Origin: Thermoplasmata archaeon
GTDB taxonomy: Archaea; Thermoplasmatota; Thermoplasmata; Lutacidiplasmatales; UBA184
Length of the DNA stretch: 39,469 nt
Direction of reading: 5' to 3'
Assembly (NCBI GenBank): GCA_028864975.1
Contig: JAGWLG010000033.1
Span: forward strand, 1-39,469
Position numbers and translations under genes: made by a program. Below, piece by piece: positions 7,663 to 16,604 of this stretch (the stretch's first letter is position 1; each line of letters opens with the position of its first letter). Below the pieces are notes generated by a model. That model worked only from the letters and a program-made list of their open reading frames with translations. It made no database searches and had not been told where the DNA came from.

Positions 7663-8415
7663 ATGCCCCGCCCCGAGGCCGCGCGAGGGACCCCTCTGGC
7701 CACGGCCACAGGGCCACGAAAGGGGGGGGATCTTCTCCTCTTCCCTAGCATCTTCCTGGAGCACGGGGCCATCGTCTTCCCGAAAGAGGGGGGGGAGGCA
7801 GGAGGAGAGGAGTACCAGGCTCTGATGGGTGTCTCGGGGGCCCCGGTCGACCTGTTCGACGCCGTGGACCACCTGCTGGCCCTCTACCATCGTATCTACG
7901 TCGTCGACGTCGAAGGTGTCCGGGAGGAACGGCCCCAGTTCGAGTACCTCCAGGAACTGACCAAGGGGCAGGAGGAGTGGGTCGATGCCGGTGCGCGGGA
8001 CTCGGACCAGGTCATGGATGTTCTCGTGGCGGGGGCCTCGAGGGCGGTGTTGAGCACTCCGACGCTCCGCAGCGCGCGGGAGATCGCCACATCGCTCAAG
8101 CTCACTTCCCAGGTGGCGTTGGAGATCGTCCACGACCACGGACGAGTGGCGGCGCACGACCGAGGCCTCGACAACGCCCCCGTAGAGGAACTGGCCAGCG
8201 AGGCCCGTGCGGCGGGGGTCTCCCACATCATCCTCTCGAGCGACGAGAGGACCGTCGACTGGTCGTTGGTCCGGCGTGTGGCCGAAGGGGGTCCCACGTT
8301 CGTCGGAGGCCGGTTCTTCACCGAATCGAGGAGCGAGCTCGCCTCGGCGGGTGCGCGCGGGGGCATATTCTCCGCCAAGGAGCTCTTGGAGCGATGGACG
8401 ACCTCCGGCTCGTAG
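7663..8415 (+). CDS. HisA/HisF-related TIM-barrel protein
   Basis: 'IYVVDVEG', 'WVDAGARDSDQVMDVLVAGASRAVLST' and 'FVGG' match the HisA-fold repeats. Start uncertain. Confidence 0.7.
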   Translation: MPRPEAARGTPLATATGPRKGGDLLLFPSIFLEHGAIVFPKEGGEAGGEEYQALMGVSGAPVDLFDAVDHLLALYHRIYVVDVEGVREERPQFEYLQELTKGQEEWVDAGARDSDQVMDVLVAGASRAVLSTPTLRSAREIATSLKLTSQVALEIVHDHGRVAAHDRGLDNAPVEELASEARAAGVSHIILSSDERTVDWSLVRRVAEGGPTFVGGRFFTESRSELASAGARGGIFSAKELLERWTTSGS

Positions 8416-8873
8416 TCACCCGGCTCTGGGACCTCCTGGGGCGCCGCCCGGTCTCCTCCAAGGAGCTCGTCGAGGCGCTCTACGCCCGGCTCCACTGGTT
8501 CCGCCCGAGCGAGGCGGAGGAGCTCGTCGCCGAGATGCAGCGGCAGGGGCTCTTCCAGCACGGCCCTTCAGAGGGGATGCTCGTGGCCTCTTCCGAGATC
8601 GAGGGCATCGTCGTGCCGATCACCTACCGACCTCCGCCGAACCTACGACCCTCGGCGGCGGCGGTCGCACGACCCGACCTCCTCGCGCGAATCTTGGAGA
8701 CGACGGCCGCCCGGTCGGAGGTGGGCATGGAAGCCCTGCGGGAGGAGACCCAGAAGCTGGCGGGAGAGCTCGGGGTCTGGCCCGAGGCCGCCGCGCTCCT
8801 CGTGGCCAGACGGCATGGCCTGGACCTCCCCGAGCTCCGGGAGGAGCTTGATCGGCGTCTGCGCGAAGGGTAG
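8394..8873 (+). CDS. DUF2240 family protein
   Basis: 'SSKELVEALYARLHWFRPSEAEELV...VPITYRP' matches this archaeal family; overlaps the upstream stop. Confidence 0.75.
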   Translation: MDDLRLVVTRLWDLLGRRPVSSKELVEALYARLHWFRPSEAEELVAEMQRQGLFQHGPSEGMLVASSEIEGIVVPITYRPPPNLRPSAAAVARPDLLARILETTAARSEVGMEALREETQKLAGELGVWPEAAALLVARRHGLDLPELREELDRRLREG

Positions 8874-8961
8874 GAGACCGCGCCTTTCCGCGGGAGAGGC
8901 TCCCCCCGAAGAGCCACAAGAGAAGGCGACAGCTTTACCCTTCGCCGGCGGATGGTGCGGC

Positions 8962-9022
8962 CGCCAGATGATGAGGCCTAGAACCAGCTGAACGCTGATG
9001 AATGATGGGCGAGCTGATGGCG
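8962..9022 (+). ncRNA. Box C/D methylation guide sRNA
   Basis: Terminal stem CGCCA/TGGCG; C box ATGATGA (8968-8974), D' CTGA (8988-8991), C' CTGATGA (8995-9001), D CTGA (9014-9017); 13- and 12-nt guides; TTTA at 8934-8937 upstream. Confidence 0.82.
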
Positions 9023-9099
9023 TGAGCCCCCCGGGAGGCGTTCCTGGAGGGGAATCTCCTCGAGGGAAGGATTAACCTCCTGGAGGTCCATAGAGGGGC

Positions 9100-9333
9100 A
9101 TGAGCCCTTCTCGCCGCCAGAGGTTCCTCCCGATCGACTTCCGGATGGAGGAACACCGAGGTGAGTGGATCGTCCTGGTCAACGACTGCGTCGTGGAGAC
9201 CGGGACGGACCTCTGCACCTGCCTCGCGCGGACCCGCGAGAAGCATCCGCGGGAGGAGCCGTTCGTGATGAAGGTCCTCCCTCGGGGGGGGGCGCCGCGG
9301 CTGCGCCCTCCGCACCCACCCCGTCGCCGATGA
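9100..9333 (+). CDS. DUF5678-domain small protein
   Basis: 'HRGEWIVLVNDCVVETGTDL...REKHPREEPFVMKV' fits the DUF5678 pattern; ATTAA about 27 nt upstream of the ATG. Confidence 0.7.
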   Translation: MSPSRRQRFLPIDFRMEEHRGEWIVLVNDCVVETGTDLCTCLARTREKHPREEPFVMKVLPRGGAPRLRPPHPPRRR

Positions 9334-9346
9334 GGGGTAGGGAAGG

Positions 9347-9814
9347 ATGGCGCCGAAGCGCGCGCGTCGAGCGCGCCGGAGACCCGAACCGGGACGGTAC
9401 ATCCAAGACTACCTGCTCTTCACGCTGGACCGCCGTCGTGTGGCCTTCCCCTTGCTCCACGTCCGGTTGAGGGGCCGCAAGGGAACCCTCCGGACGGTCG
9501 CGCTCACGGACTCGGGAGCGACGAGCTCCTTCGTCCCCGTGGAGATCGCCGAGGAGGTGGGTCTCCGCCTGACCCCCGGTCCGACCGCGGGAGGGGGAGG
9601 AGGGGACTTCTCCACCTACGACGGACATCTGTCCCTCGAGGTCCTGCACCGGGGGCGGGTGATCCACCGGTTCCCCCACCTCCCCGTCTCGGTCCCTCGA
9701 GAGCCTGGCCGCATCCCCTACGTCGTGCTGGGACGCGATTCGATCTTCCAAGCGTTCTCCCTGACGTTCGAGGAGAGGAAGGGACGGCTCGTCCTGAAGC
9801 GGGCCGATCGATAG
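9347..9814 (+). CDS. Retropepsin-like (clan AA) aspartyl protease
   Basis: Catalytic 'ALTDSGAT' (D-S-G) and C-terminal 'VVLGRDSIF' motifs; 13 nt after the DUF5678 gene. Confidence 0.85.
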   Translation: MAPKRARRARRRPEPGRYIQDYLLFTLDRRRVAFPLLHVRLRGRKGTLRTVALTDSGATSSFVPVEIAEEVGLRLTPGPTAGGGGGDFSTYDGHLSLEVLHRGRVIHRFPHLPVSVPREPGRIPYVVLGRDSIFQAFSLTFEERKGRLVLKRADR

Positions 9815-9837
9815 GCTCGGGAGCCCGGGGTGGCGCT

Positions 9838-12800
9838 CTACGAGCTCGGCGCGGCGGCGGAAAGGTCGTCGACGCGCTTCTTCGCTTCCTGCACGCCTTC
9901 GGCGTTCCCCAGGCTCTCCGCCGCCGAGAGCACCCGTCGGGCGACCTCGAGGGCCCGCTCTCGGTCGCCGTGCTTTTCGAGTAGCTCCGAGTAGGTCTTG
10001 AGCGCGTTCGTGGCCTGCAGGGCCCCCTCGAAGAGACCTTCCCGGTCCATCGCCTCGAACTCCTTCAGCGCACCCGGAAGGTCGCCGGATCGTCCGAGGA
10101 TCTCGGCGCGGAGCCCCCGGCAGTCGCGCACGTCGTCGGGTCGCTCCGTCCGCAGGGCATCCTTGAGCGAGATCTCCGCCCATCGGAGCGCTTCCTCGGT
10201 GTGGTCGCGGCGGAGCTCCACCCGGGCCATGATGAACGAACCGGAACAGGAGATCCTGGGGAGGGCGAACTTCCTACCCACGTCATAGAGGTGGAGTCCC
10301 GCGGGCTCCGCCCTGTCAAGCTCGCCCAAGGCGAGCAGGATCGCGGCCGCGTTGTACTCGTCGATGGCGGCCGCGCTCATCATGCCCGCACGCGAGAAGA
10401 GCTCCGAGGCCTCTTCGGCGTAGCGGGCCGCGAGCCGGGGGTCCCCCGTGTGGGCCGTGACCATCCCGCGCGCGTGGCGGGCTTGCGCGAGGGCCTCCCC
10501 GTCCCCCGCGGCGACGCGGTCGGCCTCCTCGAGCACCTCCCGCGCCCGGTCCGGTCGACCGAGCTGCACCTCCGAATAGACGATATCGGTCAGGGCGCGG
10601 AAGAGTACCTCGTGGTCGACCTCCGCTCGGGGGGCGTTGGCGACCTGCTCGAGGAACTTGAGCGCCTCCGCCCAGCGGGATCGGGTGAAGAGCAGGAACC
10701 CTCGGAGCATGAGGATCCCGTTCGCGAGCCGGGGAGACGGGGGAGGGCGCTCCCCCGCCTCCATCTCCTGGACCAACCGCTCGACGACCGGACGCACCTC
10801 CCCCGCGCCGTACTGGTCGAGGGCTCGGGCCTTGCTGTACTCGACCTCCCACCAGCTCTCGGGGTCGAGGTCCCCGGGGGCGGAGAGCCCTTCGAGGAAG
10901 CGGAAGGCCGCTCGGGCCCCTCCCGCTTTGGCCAAGCGACGTGCCCGCTGGGCCTCCTCCTGCACCTCGGCGGGGGCGGGACGGCGACCGGAGGAGCGGA
11001 GCAGCTCGTGGAGCCACCCCAGGTAGACCCCCGCCGCTTCGGGGGCGAGGCGCGCGGTGGAGAGGTCGAAGGCCCGCCGGACCCACGCCGCGCCCCGCAC
11101 GAGGTCCTGAGCGTCGTGCGCAAGACGGGCAAGCGTCTCCACTTCTTCGGGGCGATGGGCCTCCCACCAGTCGAGTAGCGAGAGGGCTTGTGGACGGAGC
11201 CGCTCCGAGGGGATCTCGGAGCGTACGACCTCCCAGACGAGAGGGTGCGCGAAGGTCCACCCGGCCTCGGGCGAGCCGACAGCCGTGGAGGGCTCCAACA
11301 ACCGCTCCCTCACCTCAAGGTCGTGGACGATCTTTCGCGCCTCCTCTAGGGAGATCCCCCGAACGCTGGCCACTGGCTCGAGCGGGAACTCGCTCCCCGC
11401 GACGGCCGCGACATCGAGGAACGAGCGCAGCTCGGGAGCGAGCTGCGTGAGACGGCGGTGCGTCAGGCGTTGGAGGCTGGTCGGGACACGGTCGATCGGC
11501 CCCGAGCTTACAGTGCCTCGGGCCCACGCGAACCCTTCCGGGGTCGATTCGAACCCCCCCTCGGATCGGATCTGGAGCAGGGTCTCCCGGAGGAAGTAGG
11601 GGTTCCCTTTCGTCCTCCGCAGGAGCGAGGAGAGCTCGGCCCCCTCGCGGACGATCGGCGCGCCAAGGACCTGCGAGGCGAGCTCGTACGCCTCAGGCTC
11701 CTCGAAGGGATGCAGGGGGAGGCGCTGGAGGAGCCCCTCTCCCTCGAGGGCCTCCACACGCTCCCGGACCGAGGTCCCCTCCTCCTCCGACGAGGAGGGC
11801 AGCTCCTCCTCTCGCGCCCCCCCCACGATCACGACCGGTAGGTCGCGGGCATTCCGGCACAGGAACTGCAGGGCGAGGCCAGAGAGGGCATCGATCCAGT
11901 GAAGGTCGTCGACGACGAGCAGGACCGGGGCCCGCTGGGAGAAGGCCTGGAGGAGACCCAAGTATCGCAGCAGGGTCTGGGCCGGAGGCTCCGAAGCTCC
12001 CGGGGCAAGCGGGGAGTCCCCCGCAGGGTCTGAGCTCGAGGGTGACGGTGTGCTCCGGACGACCTCGGAGTCGGATTCGAGAAGGGAGATCTCGCGGCGG
12101 TCGAAGGTGGAGGGACGAACCGCGACCAAGAGGTGTCCGCCCTGCTCTTGGGCCACGTCGCGCAGGAACTGGAGGAGGCGTAGGACCGGGGGAAAGCCGT
12201 TCTGGCTGGTGAGATACTCCAGGCCCTCGAGCGCGACCAGGCTCCCCGGGCGAGTACGGAAGTGGCGGACGATGACCTCCCCCAGGGCGTCCAGGTTCCC
12301 CGGGGAGATGCGGCCCTCGCCCTCGAGGCGGGTGATCCAGACCGAGGCGGCCCCCTCGGGGAGGGCCCTCGAGCGCTCCGCGGCTCCGCTGGGGTTTTCG
12401 CGGGAGACGAGCAGCAACCTCGAAGATGGGGGGAGCTCCCGCAGGGCCTCGCGGAAGCGGAGAGGGCGCTCCTCTTCGAAGAGCAGGCAGGAAGGCCACG
12501 GGGGCGGGGGCAGCCCTCGGGGTCGCGAGGTCGCGTCGGCTTCTCGCTCTTCGACGTGAGAACGGCGGAACACCTGTTGGAAGGCGAAGAAGGGCCCGAC
12601 CGCCTCCTTGAGCCCATTCCCCCAGAGGACCTGGAACCCCTCGCGACGGGCCTCATCTTCCAGGGAGCGGAGGACCCTGGTCTTGCCCATGCCGCCAGGT
12701 CCTACCACGAGCCAGGCCGATCCCTGGCCGCGACGGCCCCGGACGAGCGCGGCCCGAAGCCGCTCGAGCTCCTGCGACCGGCCGACGAGCGCCGATGCGA

Positions 12801-12843
12801 GCGCCGAGGAGGACGCCAAAGGAGGAGTGGAGGGGGGAGACAT
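9838..12843 (-). CDS. STAND-type (AAA_16/MalT-like) ATPase with inserted DUF835-like domain and C-terminal TPR-like repeats (paralog 1)
   Basis: Walker A GPGGMGKT, Walker B LLVVDDLHW, GNPYF, FAHPL motifs; 'LEGLEYLTSQNGF..VLRLLQFLRD' between the Walker motifs; helical repeat C-terminus. Start set at ATG 12843. Confidence 0.85.
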   Translation of the reverse strand: MSPPSTPPLASSSALASALVGRSQELERLRAALVRGRRGQGSAWLVVGPGGMGKTRVLRSLEDEARREGFQVLWGNGLKEAVGPFFAFQQVFRRSHVEEREADATSRPRGLPPPPWPSCLLFEEERPLRFREALRELPPSSRLLLVSRENPSGAAERSRALPEGAASVWITRLEGEGRISPGNLDALGEVIVRHFRTRPGSLVALEGLEYLTSQNGFPPVLRLLQFLRDVAQEQGGHLLVAVRPSTFDRREISLLESDSEVVRSTPSPSSSDPAGDSPLAPGASEPPAQTLLRYLGLLQAFSQRAPVLLVVDDLHWIDALSGLALQFLCRNARDLPVVIVGGAREEELPSSSEEEGTSVRERVEALEGEGLLQRLPLHPFEEPEAYELASQVLGAPIVREGAELSSLLRRTKGNPYFLRETLLQIRSEGGFESTPEGFAWARGTVSSGPIDRVPTSLQRLTHRRLTQLAPELRSFLDVAAVAGSEFPLEPVASVRGISLEEARKIVHDLEVRERLLEPSTAVGSPEAGWTFAHPLVWEVVRSEIPSERLRPQALSLLDWWEAHRPEEVETLARLAHDAQDLVRGAAWVRRAFDLSTARLAPEAAGVYLGWLHELLRSSGRRPAPAEVQEEAQRARRLAKAGGARAAFRFLEGLSAPGDLDPESWWEVEYSKARALDQYGAGEVRPVVERLVQEMEAGERPPPSPRLANGILMLRGFLLFTRSRWAEALKFLEQVANAPRAEVDHEVLFRALTDIVYSEVQLGRPDRAREVLEEADRVAAGDGEALAQARHARGMVTAHTGDPRLAARYAEEASELFSRAGMMSAAAIDEYNAAAILLALGELDRAEPAGLHLYDVGRKFALPRISCSGSFIMARVELRRDHTEEALRWAEISLKDALRTERPDDVRDCRGLRAEILGRSGDLPGALKEFEAMDREGLFEGALQATNALKTYSELLEKHGDRERALEVARRVLSAAESLGNAEGVQEAKKRVDDLSAAAPSS
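12149..12179. repeat. 31-bp exact inverted copy of 20332..20362 (DUF835 core of the two STAND paralogs)
   Basis: TGGGCCACGTCGCGCAGGAACTGGAGGAGGC is the reverse complement of GCCTCCTCCAGTTCCTGCGCGACGTGGCCCA. Confidence 0.85.
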
Positions 12844-12992
12844 GAGCCGGCTCCGGGGGAGGGAAGTAGGGCCCCCCCACCATGTACGTAGCGGAAGGCC
12901 CAAGGGGCTCGCCCCACGTCGCCCCGTACGACCCGAAGAAGGCCCCGGGCGCCGTCTCCGCAGGTCGAGCGCCCTCCCCCCTCCGCGAGGTC

Positions 12993-13000
12993 TTTTATAA
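12993..13000 (+). promoter_or_regulatory. TATA box for hppA (possibly bidirectional)
   Basis: TTTTATAA in a GC-rich intergenic region, 40 nt upstream of the hppA start. Confidence 0.7.
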
Positions 13001-13039
13001 GGGGGTCCGTCCGCCCCGCGAGCAACGGGGGAATCGTCT

Positions 13040-15154
13040 TTGAACACCCAGACCACCGCCGAGATCCTCGTCGTAGTCTCTGCCATCCTTGCCCTGGGCT
13101 ACGCCGGGCTGCGCTCGATGTGGGTCCTGCGAGCGAAGGACGGGGACGAGAAGATGCGTTCCATCTCGGCCGCCGTCCGCGAGGGGGCCGAGGCCTTCCT
13201 TGTACGTGAGTACCGGACCGTGGCCATCGTAGGGGCGGTCCTGGCGGTCCTGATCGCCGGTGGGCTCTACACCCCCAAGGACCCGGCGTTCAGTCTCCAT
13301 CTTGCCCTCGGGTTCGTCGTGGGGGCCGCGGGGAGCGCCCTCGCGGGGTACGTAGGGATGTACGTGTCCGTTCGGGCGAACGTCCGGACCGCGGAGGTGG
13401 CCAAGGGCGGGAAGCTCGACCCCGCTATGCGCTTCGCCTTCCACGCGGGGTCGGTGACCGGGCTCTCGGTGGCCGGGTTCGCCCTGCTTGGGCTCATCGG
13501 GTTCTACGTCGGCTTCGGCGGGAACATCGACGAGATGGTCGGGTTCATCTTCGGGGCCTCGCTGATGAGCCTCTTCGCGAGGGTCGGGGGCGGGATCTAC
13601 ACCAAGGGGGCGGACGTTGGGGCCGACCTCGTGGGGAAGGTCGAGGCCGGGATCCCCGAGGACGACCCCCGCAATCCCGCGGTCATCGCGGACAACGTGG
13701 GGGACAACGTCGGGGATTGCGCCGGCATGGCGGCGGACCTGTTCGAGACCTACGTCGTGACGGCGGTCTCCACGATGCTCCTCGCCTACCTGTTCGACAC
13801 GACGTTGCCCTCGTTCAAGATCACACTTCCGAACGCGGTCATCTTCCCGCTGGTCATCGGGGCCTGGGCAATCGTGGCGACGATCATCGGGTTCCCCTTC
13901 GTGCGCCTCTCCGAAGGGAACACGAAGATCATGAGCGCGCTCTACAAGGGCATGTTCGCCACCACGGGGGCGGGCATCGTCGGCCTTGCGGGGCTCTCGT
14001 ACTGGCTGATGGGCTCCGAATGGGTCCCGGTCTTCGTCGCGAGCACGATGGGGCTCATCGTGATGGTCGTGATCATCTTCTCGACGGACTTCTACACGGG
14101 GACCTATCGCCCGGTGAAGTCGATCGCCAAGGCTGCCGAGAGCGGCCCTGGGCCCGTCGTCATCGAAGGGATGGCGGTGGGGCTGGAGTCGACGCTCATC
14201 CCGGCGGTGAGCATCATCGCGGGGACGCTCGTCGCCTTCGGGGTCATGGTCCTTGCGAACCCCGGGCCGAACTGGGCCCAGTTCGGGCTCTACGGCATCG
14301 GGCTCGCGGCCGCGAGCATGCTCTCCGCGACCGGGATGATCATCTCCATCGACGCGTTCGGTCCGATCACGGACAATGCAGGAGGGATCGCCGAGATGGC
14401 GAACCTTCCCAAAGAGGCCCGGGAGATCACTGACCCTCTCGACGCCGTAGGGAACACCACCAAGGCCGTCACCAAGGGGTACGCGGTGGGCTCGGCGGCG
14501 CTCGCTGCCTTGGTCCTCTTCGCGGCCTACACCCAGGCGGGGGCCGCCCTCGACCCCTCGATCTTCAGCGGGAGTGCGTTGGCGATCTACAGCCCCCAGG
14601 TGGTCGTGGGTCTCATCATCGGCGCGACCCTGCCGTTCTTCTTCACCGCGTTCCTCATGCGCGCCGTGGGGACGGCCGCGCAGGCGGTGGTCCAGGAGGT
14701 CCGGCGCCAGTTCCGCGAGATCAAGGGGATCATGGAGGGGACGGGGAAGCCCGAGTACGGGAAGTGCGTCGACCTCGTCACCAAGACCGCGCTCCACGAG
14801 CTGATGCCTCCCGCGGTCATCGGGGTCGTGACCCCCATCCTGGTGGGCATGTTGCTAGGCCCCGTCGCCCTGGGCGGGCTCTTGATCGGCGTCATCCTCT
14901 CCGGCCTCCCGCTCGCCATCTTCATGACCACGGGAGGCGGCGCCTGGGACAATGGGAAGAAGTACATCGAGCTCCAGGGACGCAAGAAGACCGACGCGCA
15001 CAGAGCGGCGGTCGTGGGCGACACCGTCGGGGACGCGACCAAGGACACGGCCGGGCCGGCGATCAACCCGCTCATCAAGGTGGTCAACACGATCTCGATC
15101 CTGTTCATCACGGTCATCGTGCAGTACAATCTGCCGCACCTGCTCGGTTACTGA
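13040..15154 (+). CDS. hppA: Membrane-bound H+-translocating pyrophosphatase, K+-independent type
   Basis: [68 protein letters not shown] and GDTVGD motifs; many transmembrane segments; TTG start. Confidence 0.97.
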   Translation: MNTQTTAEILVVVSAILALGYAGLRSMWVLRAKDGDEKMRSISAAVREGAEAFLVREYRTVAIVGAVLAVLIAGGLYTPKDPAFSLHLALGFVVGAAGSALAGYVGMYVSVRANVRTAEVAKGGKLDPAMRFAFHAGSVTGLSVAGFALLGLIGFYVGFGGNIDEMVGFIFGASLMSLFARVGGGIYTKGADVGADLVGKVEAGIPEDDPRNPAVIADNVGDNVGDCAGMAADLFETYVVTAVSTMLLAYLFDTTLPSFKITLPNAVIFPLVIGAWAIVATIIGFPFVRLSEGNTKIMSALYKGMFATTGAGIVGLAGLSYWLMGSEWVPVFVASTMGLIVMVVIIFSTDFYTGTYRPVKSIAKAAESGPGPVVIEGMAVGLESTLIPAVSIIAGTLVAFGVMVLANPGPNWAQFGLYGIGLAAASMLSATGMIISIDAFGPITDNAGGIAEMANLPKEAREITDPLDAVGNTTKAVTKGYAVGSAALAALVLFAAYTQAGAALDPSIFSGSALAIYSPQVVVGLIIGATLPFFFTAFLMRAVGTAAQAVVQEVRRQFREIKGIMEGTGKPEYGKCVDLVTKTALHELMPPAVIGVVTPILVGMLLGPVALGGLLIGVILSGLPLAIFMTTGGGAWDNGKKYIELQGRKKTDAHRAAVVGDTVGDATKDTAGPAINPLIKVVNTISILFITVIVQYNLPHLLGY

Positions 15155-15343
15155 GGGGCCAGTCCCTCCCCCGCGGGGGATCGCTCGCCCACCCTGTCTC
15201 GCGAGAAGGACCTTCTCGTGCACGGCGGCCCCCCCGACCCCAGGGGGCCGACTGGAGTCGGGGTCGGAACCTTCGAGCCCCTCACGGAGCAGAGCTCCTC
15301 TGGGCGCCTGGAGACGGGTCCCCCTCCGCGTTCGAAGCTGAGC

Positions 15344-15742
15344 TCACTCCTCTTGCATCAGGAGGATCTCGTTCCCATCGGGGTCGCGGATCATCGCGTC
15401 CCAGACCCCCCAGGGCTGTTTCGTCGGTTCGTGGACGAACTCCACGCCGCGCTCCTTCAACTTCGCGCACTCGGTCTTCAGGTCGCCGTCCACCATCACG
15501 AGGATTCCCGTGTTCCCGGGCTCGAGAGGGAGACCTCCGATCTCCGACCCGAGGCAGAGATGGATGGCACCGCCACGACCCTTCCGACCCACGGTGACCC
15601 AGTGTCCCCCCTCCTCTTGGAGAACGGAGAACCCGAGCTTGTCGGTGTACCACTTCTTCGATCTCTCTCGGTCCGCGACCATCACGGCCACGCTCGCCAT
15701 CCACGGTCCCATCGACCCTGTCGGTCCCTTCTTTGGCGGCAT
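15344..15742 (-). CDS. VOC/glyoxalase-family protein
   Basis: 'VMVADRERSKKWYTDKLGF' and 'PTKQPWG..AMIRDPDGNEILL'. Confidence 0.9.
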   Translation of the reverse strand: MPPKKGPTGSMGPWMASVAVMVADRERSKKWYTDKLGFSVLQEEGGHWVTVGRKGRGGAIHLCLGSEIGGLPLEPGNTGILVMVDGDLKTECAKLKERGVEFVHEPTKQPWGVWDAMIRDPDGNEILLMQEE

Positions 15743-15835
15743 CCTCTTCGCGCTCCTCGGGTGGGGCCCGGAATTCTCCCTCGTTCTTGAAGATGGGGAG
15801 GAGGGCGCGGTCGGTCCGTCTCGGGACCGCCGTGC

Positions 15836-16501
15836 CTACGCTCCACCCGGAGGTCGGAGTTCCCCAGGAGGAGGTCCGCCCGAGTATCCGGCCAGTCCCG
15901 CGCCGCTCGAGGACGGCGGGGGTGGAGGTGCAGGGGGAGGGGGCGCGCCCGGCACCGCCGCCAGGGTCCCGGCAGCTATGGGGGCCTTCCCGCCGAAGCC
16001 TGCGGCCCGTGCGCCGGCCTTCTTCGGCTTGGCGAGGATCCCTCCGACGAGGGCCAGGACGCCCAGGACCGCGAACAGCGCCCCCACGAACCCCCCGAAC
16101 AGGGGGCCGTTGTAGGTCACGTCGAGCACTGTGCTCCCGCTCGCGTAGACCTCGTAGCCGGTTCCCGCCTTCCCGCTGAAGAGGAGGTCGAAGCTCTGCT
16201 GGTTCCCTCCGCTGCCCTGCGCGACGAGGTTCGAGGCGGTCTTGTACTGGCTCCCCGCCGAACAGGAGGTGTCCGAACCACACGAGTAGACCTGGACCGA
16301 GACCGAGGTGGTCGACCAGGCGTTGACGTCGAAGGTGAGGGCCCCCGGGGTGTAGGCGGGCTCGAAGAAGACGTAAGGGGCCGTGGACGGGGAGATGGTC
16401 TCGACCCCGACCGATTGACCATTGAACGGAACGAAAAGGAAGACCGCTCCGATGATCAGGAAGGCGATGCCGGCGCCCACGGCCTGGGGTCGCATACGCA
16501 T
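15836..16501 (-). CDS. Hypothetical membrane protein: two hydrophobic segments flanking an S/T/G/Y-rich extracellular beta domain, Pro-rich tail
   Basis: Hydrophobic N-terminus (AVGAGIAFLIIGAVFLFV), second TM (GGFVGALFAVLGVLALVGGILA), PPPPAPPPPP tail. Start 16501 or 16495. Confidence 0.7.
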   Translation of the reverse strand: MRMRPQAVGAGIAFLIIGAVFLFVPFNGQSVGVETISPSTAPYVFFEPAYTPGALTFDVNAWSTTSVSVQVYSCGSDTSCSAGSQYKTASNLVAQGSGGNQQSFDLLFSGKAGTGYEVYASGSTVLDVTYNGPLFGGFVGALFAVLGVLALVGGILAKPKKAGARAAGFGGKAPIAAGTLAAVPGAPPPPAPPPPPSSSGAGLAGYSGGPPPGELRPPGGA

Positions 16502-16604
16502 TCGGGAGGCGTGAGACCATGTCAATCCTTCGGACCTTAACGGTCTGGGAACGCCGAGCCGGAACGGAGCCTTCTTAGCCAGCGCCCGTGTCCAATCCCT
16601 CTCG

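Noticed and set aside
6911-7717. ORFs overlapping 7261-7573
   Set aside because: The region is explained by RNase P RNA; the translations are low-complexity.
12995-14797. 600-aa antisense ORF, and similar long shadows such as 24212..25420, 35088..36731, 30010..31002 and 21501..22505
   Set aside because: They lie opposite well-supported genes and have R/G/P/H/D-biased composition typical of GC-rich antisense frames, with no motifs.
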